From assembly GCA_965197645.1 (NCBI GenBank), contig OZ240219.1, forward strand, positions 448,001-512,000: 64,000 nucleotides of DNA. The letters are read 5' to 3'. The notes beneath the pieces were generated by a model. It had not been told where the DNA came from and searched no databases. It saw only the letters and a program-made list of their open reading frames with translations. The translations under genes were made by a program, and so were the position numbers. The first letter of the stretch is position 1. Each line of letters opens with the position of its first letter. This document shows positions 49,280-58,645 of this stretch, in pieces. The stretch is from Dehalococcoidia bacterium. GTDB lineage: Bacteria > Chloroflexota > Dehalococcoidia > Plut-88900.

Positions 49280-50492
49280 GCTCCGATGACGAGTAGACTC
49301 TCCCCCGCCACTGCCCACCCCGCCCTCGCCAGGTGCGCACCGCAGAGTCGACCGTCATCATCGTATAGAGGGCCGCCGTCAGCGGAAGCAGCAGGGAGTA
49401 CGCTATCGATGTCTCGTACCACCTGAGCATGGGCAGGTAGCTGCCGGCCATGAGCAGGCAGGCCGCACCTCCCGCCGCGGTCAACCATATGCTCAGCCCC
49501 GGCCCCGGTCCCAGTGACAGCGCCGTTACCCCGCCTGCCAACGCCAAAGGCGGCGCCAGGTAGACCAACACCATCCCCAGGACCGCGAAAGCAAGTGCCG
49601 CCGGCGAGAACCTCAGCTGGGCGTAGGCGCTTCTCGCCACCATGTTCCAGACGGAGGACAGGCCTTCGTACCTCCGGATGCTCTTCACGTCCCGGCTGAG
49701 CCCGAGCCATATCTTTGCTCCAGCCTCATCTTTAATCAGCTTGGCCAGGGTGCAGTCGTCGATAAGAGCGTTGCGGATGTTCTCGAGACCACCTGCTCGC
49801 TCCAGAGACTCCCTCCTCACCAACATGCATCCGCCGGCCGCAGCAGCCGTAGAACGGTCGGGGTCGTTGGCCCAGCGAAAGGGGTACAGCTTGCCGAAGA
49901 AGAAAACGAAACCGGGAATCAGCAGGCGTTCCCACACCGTGTCCACGCGAAGCCGCACCATTAACGAGGTCATGTCCAGGCGCTGCCGTTGGGCCTTGAG
50001 TACCAACCGTCGGAGAGCCTGCCTCGGATAGCTGATATCAGCGTCGGTGAAGAGGATGTAGTCGGTCGGTGGCGCTTCGGACGTGGATACGCCCTGGTGC
50101 ATGGCCCACACCTTTCCGGCCCATCCCTCGGGTAGTGGCGTGCCCTGTAGTACCTGAAGCCGGTCCGCGCAGCCCGTACTCTTTGCGATTCGGGCCGCCA
50201 TCTCACCCGTTCCGTCCTGGCTGACATCGTCCACCAGCACGATGCGGTACTCTCCGGGATAGTCCTGCTGGAGAAGCGTGGGCAACGTTTCGGGCAGCGT
50301 CTCCGCCTCGTTGCGGGCCGGGACTACAATGCGAACCGTCGGCCACTCGATATGCTCGTACTTGTCCTCCTGGCCATCCTCAAATCGCTGGTCGGCCAAC
50401 CAGAACCAACCCCGCATGAACATCAACCAGAGCCAGCTCATGAGGGACACGCTAGCGACGCTACCCGCAACCCATAGTAGAATGTACACCAC
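49263..50492 (-). CDS. family 2 glycosyltransferase, HpnB-like
   Basis: VPARNEA, VDDVSQDGT, GWAGKVWA, FTDADI, AAAAGGCML, LIDDC, MVARSAYAQL. Confidence 0.88.
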   Translation of the reverse strand: MVYILLWVAGSVASVSLMSWLWLMFMRGWFWLADQRFEDGQEDKYEHIEWPTVRIVVPARNEAETLPETLPTLLQQDYPGEYRIVLVDDVSQDGTGEMAARIAKSTGCADRLQVLQGTPLPEGWAGKVWAMHQGVSTSEAPPTDYILFTDADISYPRQALRRLVLKAQRQRLDMTSLMVRLRVDTVWERLLIPGFVFFFGKLYPFRWANDPDRSTAAAAGGCMLVRRESLERAGGLENIRNALIDDCTLAKLIKDEAGAKIWLGLSRDVKSIRRYEGLSSVWNMVARSAYAQLRFSPAALAFAVLGMVLVYLAPPLALAGGVTALSLGPGPGLSIWLTAAGGAACLLMAGSYLPMLRWYETSIAYSLLLPLTAALYTMMTVDSAVRTWRGRGGQWRGRVYSSSEPTSSE

Positions 50493-50536
50493 GGCATCCG
50501 AATTCTATCATCGGCCCGCCGTACAGGAGGTTGTCC

Positions 50537-52948
50537 ATGGCTCCTCTCATCTGCGAAGGCCTTCGAGTCCTAGACCTATCCATAAGCATGTCCGGTGCAC
50601 TGCCGACGATGATCATGTCCGACGCCGGCGCGGAAGTCATCAAGATCGAGCCGCCCGAAGGCGACCCAACGCGCAAGCATTACGCTCATCCCATGTGGCA
50701 CCGGGGCAAGAAGAGCGTTGTGCTGGACCTCAAGACCCGGGAAGGCCAGGGCCATCTTCACGATCTCGCCCGCCACAGCGACGTGCTGCTCACCACCTTC
50801 CGACCCGGCGTAGCCGAGCGGCTGGGAGCGGGATATGAGACCATCAAAGAGGTCAATCCGTCCCTGGTATACACCGCCATCTCCGGCTTCGGTCCTGTCG
50901 ATGAGTACAAGGAGATCAAGGCATACGACGGGATCGTGGCCGCTCTATCCGGCCGGGTCCACACTTTCGATCCCCAGACGGACAAGGATGGTCCCATCTT
51001 CTCAGCCCTTCCCGTGGCCAGCTTCGGAGCGGGCATGTACGCCCTACAGGGCACCATGGCCGCGCTGTACGTGAGGGAGAGGACCGGCCGGGGTCAGAAA
51101 GTGGAGACCAGCCTGCTGCAGGCCCTGGGCGCTTACGACTGGATGTCGCTGACCTGGCAACTGCGGCAACGGGGTGAAGACCCATTCAAGGGCCTTCCCA
51201 TGGAAGAGCCCAGCCCCCAGTACTTCGTCGCGCCGACCAAAGACGGCAAGTGGATCCAGATGGCCAACGCCATGGATCACCTTTTCATCAACTGGCTGGT
51301 GGGCATCGGCCTGGGAGGACTACTGGACGACCCCAGGTTCATCGAGCTTCCCCAGGTCGTCACTGGAGAGGCCAACGAAGAGCTCTACCGTCTGATGTTT
51401 TCCAGGATGGCCGAGAAGACACTGGACGAATGGATGCACCTGTTCATGACGGAGGTCGACACCGCATCCGAGCCCTTCCTTCATACTCAACAGGGTCTGA
51501 GTCATCCCCAGGTCCTGCATAACGGCAGCACTGTGAGGCTGTACGACGACCGGGTCGGCGAGACCTTGCAGCTCGGTCCCGTGGCCAAATTCACCGAGAC
51601 TCCCCTCCAACCCCACGGCCCCGCACCGAGCCTGGGCCAGCACACCGCCGAGGTGATCGCCCAATCGAGAAACGGGCACGGATCGAGCTCGCGCTCCGGC
51701 AACGGCCGGATGCCGGGAGCCCCGCTGGAGGGAGTCACCCTGGTGGAGTTCGCCAGCTGGTTTGCCGTTCCCTTCGCACCGGCCATTCTGGCCGACCTGG
51801 GCGCGAGGGTCATCAAGGTAGAACCTACCGGCGGAGACCCCTGGCGCGGTTTTGGGCCGATGGGCTACCGCACACTCCAGGGCAAAGAGGCCGTCGCCAT
51901 AGACCTGCGCACCGAGAAGGGTCAAGAGATCGGCGCCGAGCTGATGGCCGAAGCGGACCTGATAGTGCACAATCTCCGGCCGGGAGTGCCCCAGAAGCTG
52001 GGCATAGACTACGAAAGCGCGAAACAGGTCAACCCGTCGGTCATCTACCTGTATGGTGGCGGATACGGCTCTACCGGGCCCTATTCCCATCGGCCCGCTA
52101 TGCACCCCGTCCCAGGCGCCGTGTGCGGAGGTGCCATGTACCAGGCCGGACGGGGCATGCCCCCTCCTCCTGACGCCGACCTGAGCTACGAGGAAGTACG
52201 AAAGGTCGCTCGGTGGCTTGGTGCTGCAAATGAGGGCAACCCGGACGTCAGCTCCTCCATGGTCAACGCCTCGACTCTCCTCATGGCCCTCTACGCCCGG
52301 GAGAAGACCGGCCTCGGCCAGTACATCGAGACTTCGATGCTCTGCTCCAACCTCTACGCCAACTCCGACGACGCTCTGCAGTACGAGGGTAAGCCGGAGC
52401 GTCTTCTGCCCGACCCCGATCTGAACGGCCTGCATGCCCTGTACCGCTTCTACAAGGCCAAAGACGAATGGGTCTTCCTGGCTTGCACCACCGACGTCGA
52501 GTGGGAACACCTGTGCACAGCCATCGACCGCGGTGCCCTGGCAACCGATCCCCGTTTTCTCACCGAATCGAACCGCTTGGACCATGAACTCGAGCTCGCC
52601 GACCTGCTAGAGCCCATCTTCGCCCAGCGTACTGCGGGAGAGTGGCAAGAGTACCTGACCCGGCGGAACGTAGCCTGTGTGGAGGTGTTCCCCGCCGATA
52701 TCTGCGAGTTCGCCAACACCAGCCCCCTGATGTGGAAGTACGGGCTGTCCGTAGAGCGGGAACATCCCTCCTTCGGCAAGTTCATGAGGTATGGCCGGGT
52801 AGTGGATTTCTCGAAGACGTCGGCAACCACCTTCGGACCCTTCACGTTCATCGGGGAGCACACCGGGCCAGTGCTGAAGGAGCTGGGCTACACCGATGAT
52901 CATGTACGAGAGTTGGAAGAGCAGAAGATCGTAGTCTGCCACCGCTAA
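50537..52948 (+). CDS. fused two-domain CaiB/BaiF CoA-transferase
   Basis: Two successive class III CoA-transferase units (EGLRVLD...GAEVIKIE; PLEGVTLVE...GARVIKVE). Confidence 0.92.
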   Translation: MAPLICEGLRVLDLSISMSGALPTMIMSDAGAEVIKIEPPEGDPTRKHYAHPMWHRGKKSVVLDLKTREGQGHLHDLARHSDVLLTTFRPGVAERLGAGYETIKEVNPSLVYTAISGFGPVDEYKEIKAYDGIVAALSGRVHTFDPQTDKDGPIFSALPVASFGAGMYALQGTMAALYVRERTGRGQKVETSLLQALGAYDWMSLTWQLRQRGEDPFKGLPMEEPSPQYFVAPTKDGKWIQMANAMDHLFINWLVGIGLGGLLDDPRFIELPQVVTGEANEELYRLMFSRMAEKTLDEWMHLFMTEVDTASEPFLHTQQGLSHPQVLHNGSTVRLYDDRVGETLQLGPVAKFTETPLQPHGPAPSLGQHTAEVIAQSRNGHGSSSRSGNGRMPGAPLEGVTLVEFASWFAVPFAPAILADLGARVIKVEPTGGDPWRGFGPMGYRTLQGKEAVAIDLRTEKGQEIGAELMAEADLIVHNLRPGVPQKLGIDYESAKQVNPSVIYLYGGGYGSTGPYSHRPAMHPVPGAVCGGAMYQAGRGMPPPPDADLSYEEVRKVARWLGAANEGNPDVSSSMVNASTLLMALYAREKTGLGQYIETSMLCSNLYANSDDALQYEGKPERLLPDPDLNGLHALYRFYKAKDEWVFLACTTDVEWEHLCTAIDRGALATDPRFLTESNRLDHELELADLLEPIFAQRTAGEWQEYLTRRNVACVEVFPADICEFANTSPLMWKYGLSVEREHPSFGKFMRYGRVVDFSKTSATTFGPFTFIGEHTGPVLKELGYTDDHVRELEEQKIVVCHR

Positions 52949-53116
52949 AGCCAAGACCTCGATGACCGATTGACGAGAGCGAGCGCACCCCAGGTGGACA
53001 GGTAAGAGAATCGGTGGCGTCCTTACCTTGGATTCTGTAGACTGGGCCTCGCAGAACGTACGAGGTGGATGGACTTATCGGAATCTGTAGAGGACCACTA
53101 TCAAGGAGGAGCAGTT

Positions 53117-53407
53117 ATGATAACCCTGATCGCAGACCACTGGGTCAAGCCGGATTTCATGGATGGCGCCATGAAGGCCTTCCAGGACAACACCGATAAG
53201 GGCACCCACGTCCATAGGCTGGTCCTCAGGTCTCAGGACGATCCATCCAAGATAACCACCGTGACCACCTGGGAGACCCAGGAGGAGTACCAGAAGTTCA
53301 TGGACCGCCTGAAGGAGATATACGCCAAGCAGGACCCCGACGCTCCGAAGGCCATGAACGGCGAGCGGCTGGAGGGCTTCGAAGTCCTCATTAGCAAATC
53401 TTCTTGA
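53117..53407 (+). CDS. ABM-like (dimeric alpha+beta barrel) protein
   Basis: AAGGAGG RBS; VLRSQDDPSKITTVTTWET pattern. Confidence 0.7.
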   Translation: MITLIADHWVKPDFMDGAMKAFQDNTDKGTHVHRLVLRSQDDPSKITTVTTWETQEEYQKFMDRLKEIYAKQDPDAPKAMNGERLEGFEVLISKSS

Positions 53408-53506
53408 GCTCCTTGGCCGAACTCTTACCGGGCCGCTAGCCGCTCCCGGGCCCGCGCCCCGATACGAATGGCTGAGGTCCTCCATTGCGCCGCAGAGGAG
53501 ACCCTT

Positions 53507-54511
53507 TTGAAGTTCAGCTTCCCGCTGCCCACCTGCATGGAGGGGTTGAACCAGCCTCCCGGGTTCGGAAGCGCAGAGGACCTGGTGAGGATCGCTGAGA
53601 CGGCGGAAGCCCTGGGCTTCTACGCTGTATGGGCCAACGATCATGTGGCGCCCTGGCCCAGGCTCCGAGCGGCTGCCAAGCAGCCTCTCAACTGGTACGA
53701 CTCCCTGATCTCCTCCAGCTACTGTGCCGCGGTTACCAGCACCATAAGGCTGGGACTTGGGGTCCTGGTCGTGCCCTTCCGGGACCCGGTCATCCTGGCC
53801 AAGCAGGTAGCAACACTGGACCAGTTCAGCGGCGGCAGGATCGTGATGGGGGTGGGCGTCGGCACACCAAGGGACGAGTTCGCTACGCTGAGGCCTAGAG
53901 ATGTCCGATCCAATCGGGGCGAGATGGTGGATGAGCTACTGGAGGCCATCGACCTGCTGTGGAACCGGCCGGCCGCCGCCTTCAACGGCAAGTACTATCA
54001 GTTCGAAGAGCTTGAGGCCTACCCCAAACCGGTACAGAGTCCGTTGCCCATCTACGTCTCCGGCGGGGCGCCCGCAACCCTGAAGCGAGTAGCCAGGTAC
54101 GGCTCAGGCCTGCTGATGTCTTCCGGGCCTATCGATAGCATGAGGAGCAGGGTCGACGACCTGGAGAGGGAGCTGGCACAGGCAGGCCGGGACATATCGG
54201 AGGTCGACGTAGCAGTGTCCTTCGCCGTGAGCCTCGCTTCTACCTCCGAAAAAGCCCAAGAACGGTTCTTCGATTCCCACGTCGGCCATCGTTTCATGAG
54301 CTGGACTACCGACGAGGAGACGGTCGAGGGTATGATCAGTAGGAACCTCGTCGGCACACCGGAGGAGGCGGCACAGCACATCAGGCAGCGGGCCGAGGCG
54401 GGCATGACCCATTGCGCACCCCAGCACATCGCCGCCGAAAGCGTTGACGAGATGATCGAGCAGATGCACATCTACGCAGAGGAGGTTGTGCCGTTGTGCG
54501 CCGGCCTCTAG
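53507..54511 (+). CDS. LLM-class flavin/F420-dependent oxidoreductase
   Basis: AEALGFYAVWANDH, LAKQVATLDQFSGGR, PKPVQ, VGTPEE; TTG start behind GAGGAG. Confidence 0.93.
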   Translation: MKFSFPLPTCMEGLNQPPGFGSAEDLVRIAETAEALGFYAVWANDHVAPWPRLRAAAKQPLNWYDSLISSSYCAAVTSTIRLGLGVLVVPFRDPVILAKQVATLDQFSGGRIVMGVGVGTPRDEFATLRPRDVRSNRGEMVDELLEAIDLLWNRPAAAFNGKYYQFEELEAYPKPVQSPLPIYVSGGAPATLKRVARYGSGLLMSSGPIDSMRSRVDDLERELAQAGRDISEVDVAVSFAVSLASTSEKAQERFFDSHVGHRFMSWTTDEETVEGMISRNLVGTPEEAAQHIRQRAEAGMTHCAPQHIAAESVDEMIEQMHIYAEEVVPLCAGL

Positions 54512-54534
54512 CAGACCGATAGGAGGAGTAGAGA

Positions 54535-55197
54535 ATGATCGAACACAAGGGACGTCAGATACCTGAGACTTTCGAGGAGATAGTGGACCCCAAGCACACC
54601 GCCTTCATCGTCCATGAGCTGTTGAACGATTTCTGTGCCGAAGGCGGCGCCTTCGACCAGATGGGCATGAGGATCGATGCGTCGGAGATCGTAGCCCCGG
54701 TGGCCAAGATGCTGGACGCCGCGCGGGCCAACAACGTCAGAGTGATCTACGTCAGGTACACTATGAACGCCGACCAGAGCTCTTTGACCGACCTGGACGT
54801 GTGGAGGTCCCGAGACGCGGACCCGAACGTCGAGCGGGTCCCCGCGGTGGTAGACGGGACGTGGGGATGGCAGAATCTGCCAGGGGTCGAGCCTCTGCCC
54901 GAGGAGCTGATCGTCCGAAAATACAAGGTGGACGCCTTCTTCGAGTCGCCGTTGGATGCCCTGCTCCGTTGGAACGGCATCAAGACCTTCGTCATAGTGG
55001 GCATCGGCGCCGAGGTGGGCGTGGTGCCGACGGTGATACATGGAGGATGCCTGGGCTACTTCTCGGTAGCCGTGGAAGACTGTCTGCGGGGTACGGTTGC
55101 CGCCAGGCTGGATGGTGCGATGACGGCCATCGCCGACTGGTCGATAGTCAAGAACCACCAGGAGGTCATCGACGCCTGGAACGCCAGCGGCGGATGA
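54535..55197 (+). CDS. isochorismatase-family hydrolase
   Basis: TAFIVHELLNDF, GTWG, KYKVDAF, GIKTFVIVG, VEDC. Confidence 0.88.
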   Translation: MIEHKGRQIPETFEEIVDPKHTAFIVHELLNDFCAEGGAFDQMGMRIDASEIVAPVAKMLDAARANNVRVIYVRYTMNADQSSLTDLDVWRSRDADPNVERVPAVVDGTWGWQNLPGVEPLPEELIVRKYKVDAFFESPLDALLRWNGIKTFVIVGIGAEVGVVPTVIHGGCLGYFSVAVEDCLRGTVAARLDGAMTAIADWSIVKNHQEVIDAWNASGG

Positions 55198-55329
55198 TAT
55201 TGGCCCCAGACTCACGGTAGCCTGCCCGCAGCGCCGCTCCACCGGGCCCCGAATCGAGGCTGGATCGAGTGGACTAACATTCTTGTATTGAGAATGCTCA
55301 GACCGCATAGCCTCGGGCCACCTGCTCCA

Positions 55330-55474
55330 AGCTGTCATTCCGAGCACCAGCGAGGAATCTAAAAACGTCTCGCCATGAATCGACGGCGTCCTAGAGGGCA
55401 GCGGTCTTAGGTTCCTCACTCCGTTCGGAACGACAGGTGTGGGGTGCGCTGCGTTGCCGCCCCTTGCTACGGCC
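55330..55474 (-). repeat. repeat family 3, copy 2
   Basis: Reverse-complement match to 46143-46284. Confidence 0.88.
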
Positions 55475-55544
55475 TGCACGACCCCGTCGGGCTAACCCTC
55501 ATCTCAATGATTTCTGACCACTGGAGCTCGGGTGCCCCAGCCAT

Positions 55545-57080
55545 CTAGGGGTGAATCGTGATGGGTTGGGCAACTATCCACAGGCTGACGACTGTGTACC
55601 CCACCATGAGCACCAGCATCGGGTACTGGCTCCTCAGTGTCCGCGCCCTCGTTCTCATCGTCCGTACGGCTATCAGGTGGGACAGGTAGACGGCAACTAT
55701 GTGCCCGACCACGATGGCGCCCACTCCCACGAACCATACCGCTCGGGCGTTGATAATCGAGATGTTGGGACGATGGTCGACCGTACCGAACAGGTCCCAA
55801 TCCCATCCAAAAGGATTGGAGAGCAGCGGGACGATCAGCTGTCCGGATAACACGATGAAGGAGAAGAAGTGGGCCAGATTGTAGGCGATGGCTATAGGTA
55901 TAAGCGAGTAGACGAAAGTCCGAGCTACCCGCCCGGTCGTCCACTCACCCCCCACCAATCTCGATATTACGTGCGAGATGAGCAGGAATGCGGCCACAAA
56001 CAGGCATGGGAAGGCCAGCAGACCCAACGTCATCCCCAGGCTGTTCTCGTAGAAGGTCTGGGTCGGCAGCACCCGGTCCAGGATATCGACCCACAAAGGG
56101 GTCTCCTGAAACCCATCGAAGGTGACCAGCGATAGCGCCAAGACCACCAGTACCACTTCCGAGGTGTGGACCCGCTCCGAAACGGCCAGCCCAACAGCCG
56201 GCGGCCTGAGGTTCAGCTCCCTGTTCCTTCCCGCTTTCTCATAGCATTCGTAACAGTCTATGCACTCCCCGTCCTCGGCACCGCAGGCCCTGGAGCAGTG
56301 CCGGCACAGCTCTCCGTTGGCCACCCTCACTTCGCTGGGGGAGAACTTGCTGATGAACCTGTAGAGTACTGAGAAGGCTTCACCGTAGTGAAGCCAGGCG
56401 TGCCGTCCATAGACGAACATTCCTACCCAGGTAATGGCCGTGTAGACGATCACCATGGCCCCCACGTGCCTGGGGGTGATGGCCTCAACGTATACGTTCT
56501 CGATCCAGGAAAAAGCGAAGAGCAGGACTATCGCCGACGTGACCCCGATCTCGGCAGGGTAGGACTTTCCCAGTCCGAACCGTCTTCCGGACGTGAGGAC
56601 GGCGTACAGCTTCTCGGCCCATCGAAAGGCGACAGCCCAGGGGTTCAGGAATGCCCAGAAGTTACCCACGAAAGCGACCACGAACCCAAAACCCACCCAC
56701 CAGATCACCCAGATGAAGACCACCGAGAAGTTCAGCAGCGGCGCTCGGCTCCCCCAGAACGCGGTAGCGACCACCAGGCCCAGAAGCGCCACGGACGCGG
56801 CTTGCAGCAGATTGACCAGTACGGGATGGCCAATCCACGGCCTGATGAGTCTGTTCGCCAGCAGGTTGTATCTTGGATAGTCTCCCCGGTCCGAGCTCGT
56901 CCTCAGAAACCAGCCGACGACGACAAAGGACAGGAGTACGGTGGCCCCGGCCCCGTACAGATAGAGCCACAGGGGCACGGGTAGATCGTACCGCTCGCCA
57001 AAGCCGTGGGCAGCCGCCGCTCCGGTGGCCAGAGGCAGGGAGAGGACGGCCGACAGGACAACGAGGAAGAATCGTCTCAT
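55545..57080 (-). CDS. polytopic membrane protein with Cys cluster (fenitrothion-hydrolase-neighbour-like family)
   Basis: Signal ending AHG, DLPVPLWLY, LNPW, SLIPIAIAYNLAH, LSNPFGW, SQYPMLVLMVGYT. Confidence 0.75.
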   Translation of the reverse strand: MRRFFLVVLSAVLSLPLATGAAAAHGFGERYDLPVPLWLYLYGAGATVLLSFVVVGWFLRTSSDRGDYPRYNLLANRLIRPWIGHPVLVNLLQAASVALLGLVVATAFWGSRAPLLNFSVVFIWVIWWVGFGFVVAFVGNFWAFLNPWAVAFRWAEKLYAVLTSGRRFGLGKSYPAEIGVTSAIVLLFAFSWIENVYVEAITPRHVGAMVIVYTAITWVGMFVYGRHAWLHYGEAFSVLYRFISKFSPSEVRVANGELCRHCSRACGAEDGECIDCYECYEKAGRNRELNLRPPAVGLAVSERVHTSEVVLVVLALSLVTFDGFQETPLWVDILDRVLPTQTFYENSLGMTLGLLAFPCLFVAAFLLISHVISRLVGGEWTTGRVARTFVYSLIPIAIAYNLAHFFSFIVLSGQLIVPLLSNPFGWDWDLFGTVDHRPNISIINARAVWFVGVGAIVVGHIVAVYLSHLIAVRTMRTRARTLRSQYPMLVLMVGYTVVSLWIVAQPITIHP

Positions 57081-57102
57081 ACTGCAGACTTGGGACCCTG
57101 AC

Positions 57103-57549
57103 CTACCTGGGGCTTACCTCCAGGGACCCTATTCTGATCTCTTCCTGTTCTTCCTGCTCCTCTTCCTCGCGGTAATCGTCCTCGGAGGCCGCGGCTTGCC
57201 CATGCTCCTCTCCACCACTCTCCAAGGGATGAATGGTTATTGGAAATCCCCCTTCAGCGCTAGCCGCGAAGGTTAGCTCGACGGTAGCTTCGGGATCGGT
57301 CATCACCGTATGGTCCAAGACGTGTACGTGGAACTCGGCAGTAACGTCGGAGGTGATCCTCAGTACCACCTGGTCGTCCCTCTTGACCCTGAGCACCGGG
57401 TCCTCCGCGGTGAGGGCTCCCTGGCTGATCTCCAGGTCGAACACCCGGGTCTCCGGCTCGGAGTCGCTCGAGCAGGCCGCCGCAGTTAGGATTACCAGAA
57501 TACCAATAACCACTACCAAGGATAATCGCCGTAAGTTGCTCCATGACAT
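57103..57549 (-). CDS. lipoprotein with cupredoxin-like domain
   Basis: Lipobox TAAAC, VVLRITSD...EFHVH...FAASAEGGFPI. Confidence 0.7.
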   Translation of the reverse strand: MSWSNLRRLSLVVVIGILVILTAAACSSDSEPETRVFDLEISQGALTAEDPVLRVKRDDQVVLRITSDVTAEFHVHVLDHTVMTDPEATVELTFAASAEGGFPITIHPLESGGEEHGQAAASEDDYREEEEQEEQEEIRIGSLEVSPR

Positions 57550-57590
57550 AAACTTCTCCTGGCCATACGGTTTCCTCTACGTTAACGATG

Positions 57591-58202
57591 CTAAGCATCT
57601 GTAGGTTGCCTTGATCTTCGCCACCTCAGCCAAACCCATAAGACTATCAGAAACGCGGGAAACGCCAGCGTGACTATCAGTATGGTAAAGATCGCGCTGT
57701 CTCGGGCGGTAACGCTCAGTGCCAGGCTGGTCTCCGCCCGTCCCAACGCTCCTTCGACAGAGGCCTCGATCCCCCAATCCCCCACCACCTCCACCGGCAA
57801 GGTGACATCATAGTTGTCCGGGTTGGACTGGGACTGGGAGACGGGGTAGGAGATGGTCTCAAGTCCGGAATCCGGCGGCGGGGTCACCTTGATAGCTATG
57901 GCCGCATCCCTGATCGAGGCCGTCCGCTCCCCGTCCATCAGCACAAAGGTCAGGTGCACACTGCCAACCCTGGGCCTGCCCGGCTCAGCAATTACGACAA
58001 GATAGTAGGGACCGGTCTGCTCGGACAGTACGGTCCGACTGCCGCTTCCACCATTAGCGTGCACCGGAATCGGGCCCGACCCGGCCTGGAGCAGCAGGCC
58101 CGTAACCGCTACCAGCATTCCAATGACCAGAGCCTTGCCGGGCCGGAGTATGCCGTGAGAGCCGCCGAGCGACCTACGCACCTTCGCCCAAGCAGTCCTC
58201 AC
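57591..58202 (-). CDS. exported YtkA/FixH-like Ig-fold protein with C-terminal TM anchor
   Basis: Signal ending VHANG, GPY...PRVG, GDW motif, C-terminal hydrophobic helix; start uncertain. Confidence 0.6.
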   Translation of the reverse strand: MRTAWAKVRRSLGGSHGILRPGKALVIGMLVAVTGLLLQAGSGPIPVHANGGSGSRTVLSEQTGPYYLVVIAEPGRPRVGSVHLTFVLMDGERTASIRDAAIAIKVTPPPDSGLETISYPVSQSQSNPDNYDVTLPVEVVGDWGIEASVEGALGRAETSLALSVTARDSAIFTILIVTLAFPAFLIVLWVWLRWRRSRQPTDA

Positions 58203-58272
58203 GCTCAGTACCCTGGCTCCGAGTTCCCGCCGGGCCTGGTCCCCGGGCGCGATTGCCTGGTCCCCATGACAC

Positions 58273-58434
58273 CTACGGGCCGAGGCCGGAGGTGAAGGTG
58301 ACCTCTTCCAGGGAACCGCCGCAATCGGGGCATTTTCGGGTCTGGTACAACTTTACCGTGGCATCTATGTCCATGTACTCCTTGTCCCGGGGCACCTTGC
58401 TCCAGAGCACATCGCACTTATTGCACAGCAACAT
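58273..58434 (-). CDS. 53-aa CxxC/CPxCG zinc-ribbon protein (below ORF-track cutoff)
   Basis: MLLCNKCDVLWSKVPRDKEYMDIDATVKLYQTRKCPDCGGSLEEVTFTSGLGP with AGGGAG RBS. Confidence 0.75.
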   Translation of the reverse strand: MLLCNKCDVLWSKVPRDKEYMDIDATVKLYQTRKCPDCGGSLEEVTFTSGLGP

Positions 58435-58645
58435 CGCCTAGCTCCCTGGCATCCTGACTACCGGTTTTCGCATCGAGGTGGATCGACCCTGGAATTATAG
58501 CCCAGCCGGCGGCCCTCGGGTCTGGGCGACTTTGTTCACGGGCTGGGCAGCATGGGGTAGAATACAGCGGGTGCCGATATTGACTCCCCACTGCATCCAT
58601 GGGTTATAGTATAGATATAGACTGCATATATCGCACCGATAGACT

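Noticed and set aside
23138-55474. Intergenic repeats as a possible CRISPR array
   Set aside because: Dispersed, not regularly spaced with unique spacers; no cas genes
58205-58417. 70-aa ORF from the track
   Set aside because: Overlaps the better supported zinc-ribbon ORF in another frame, which has an RBS and Cys motifs
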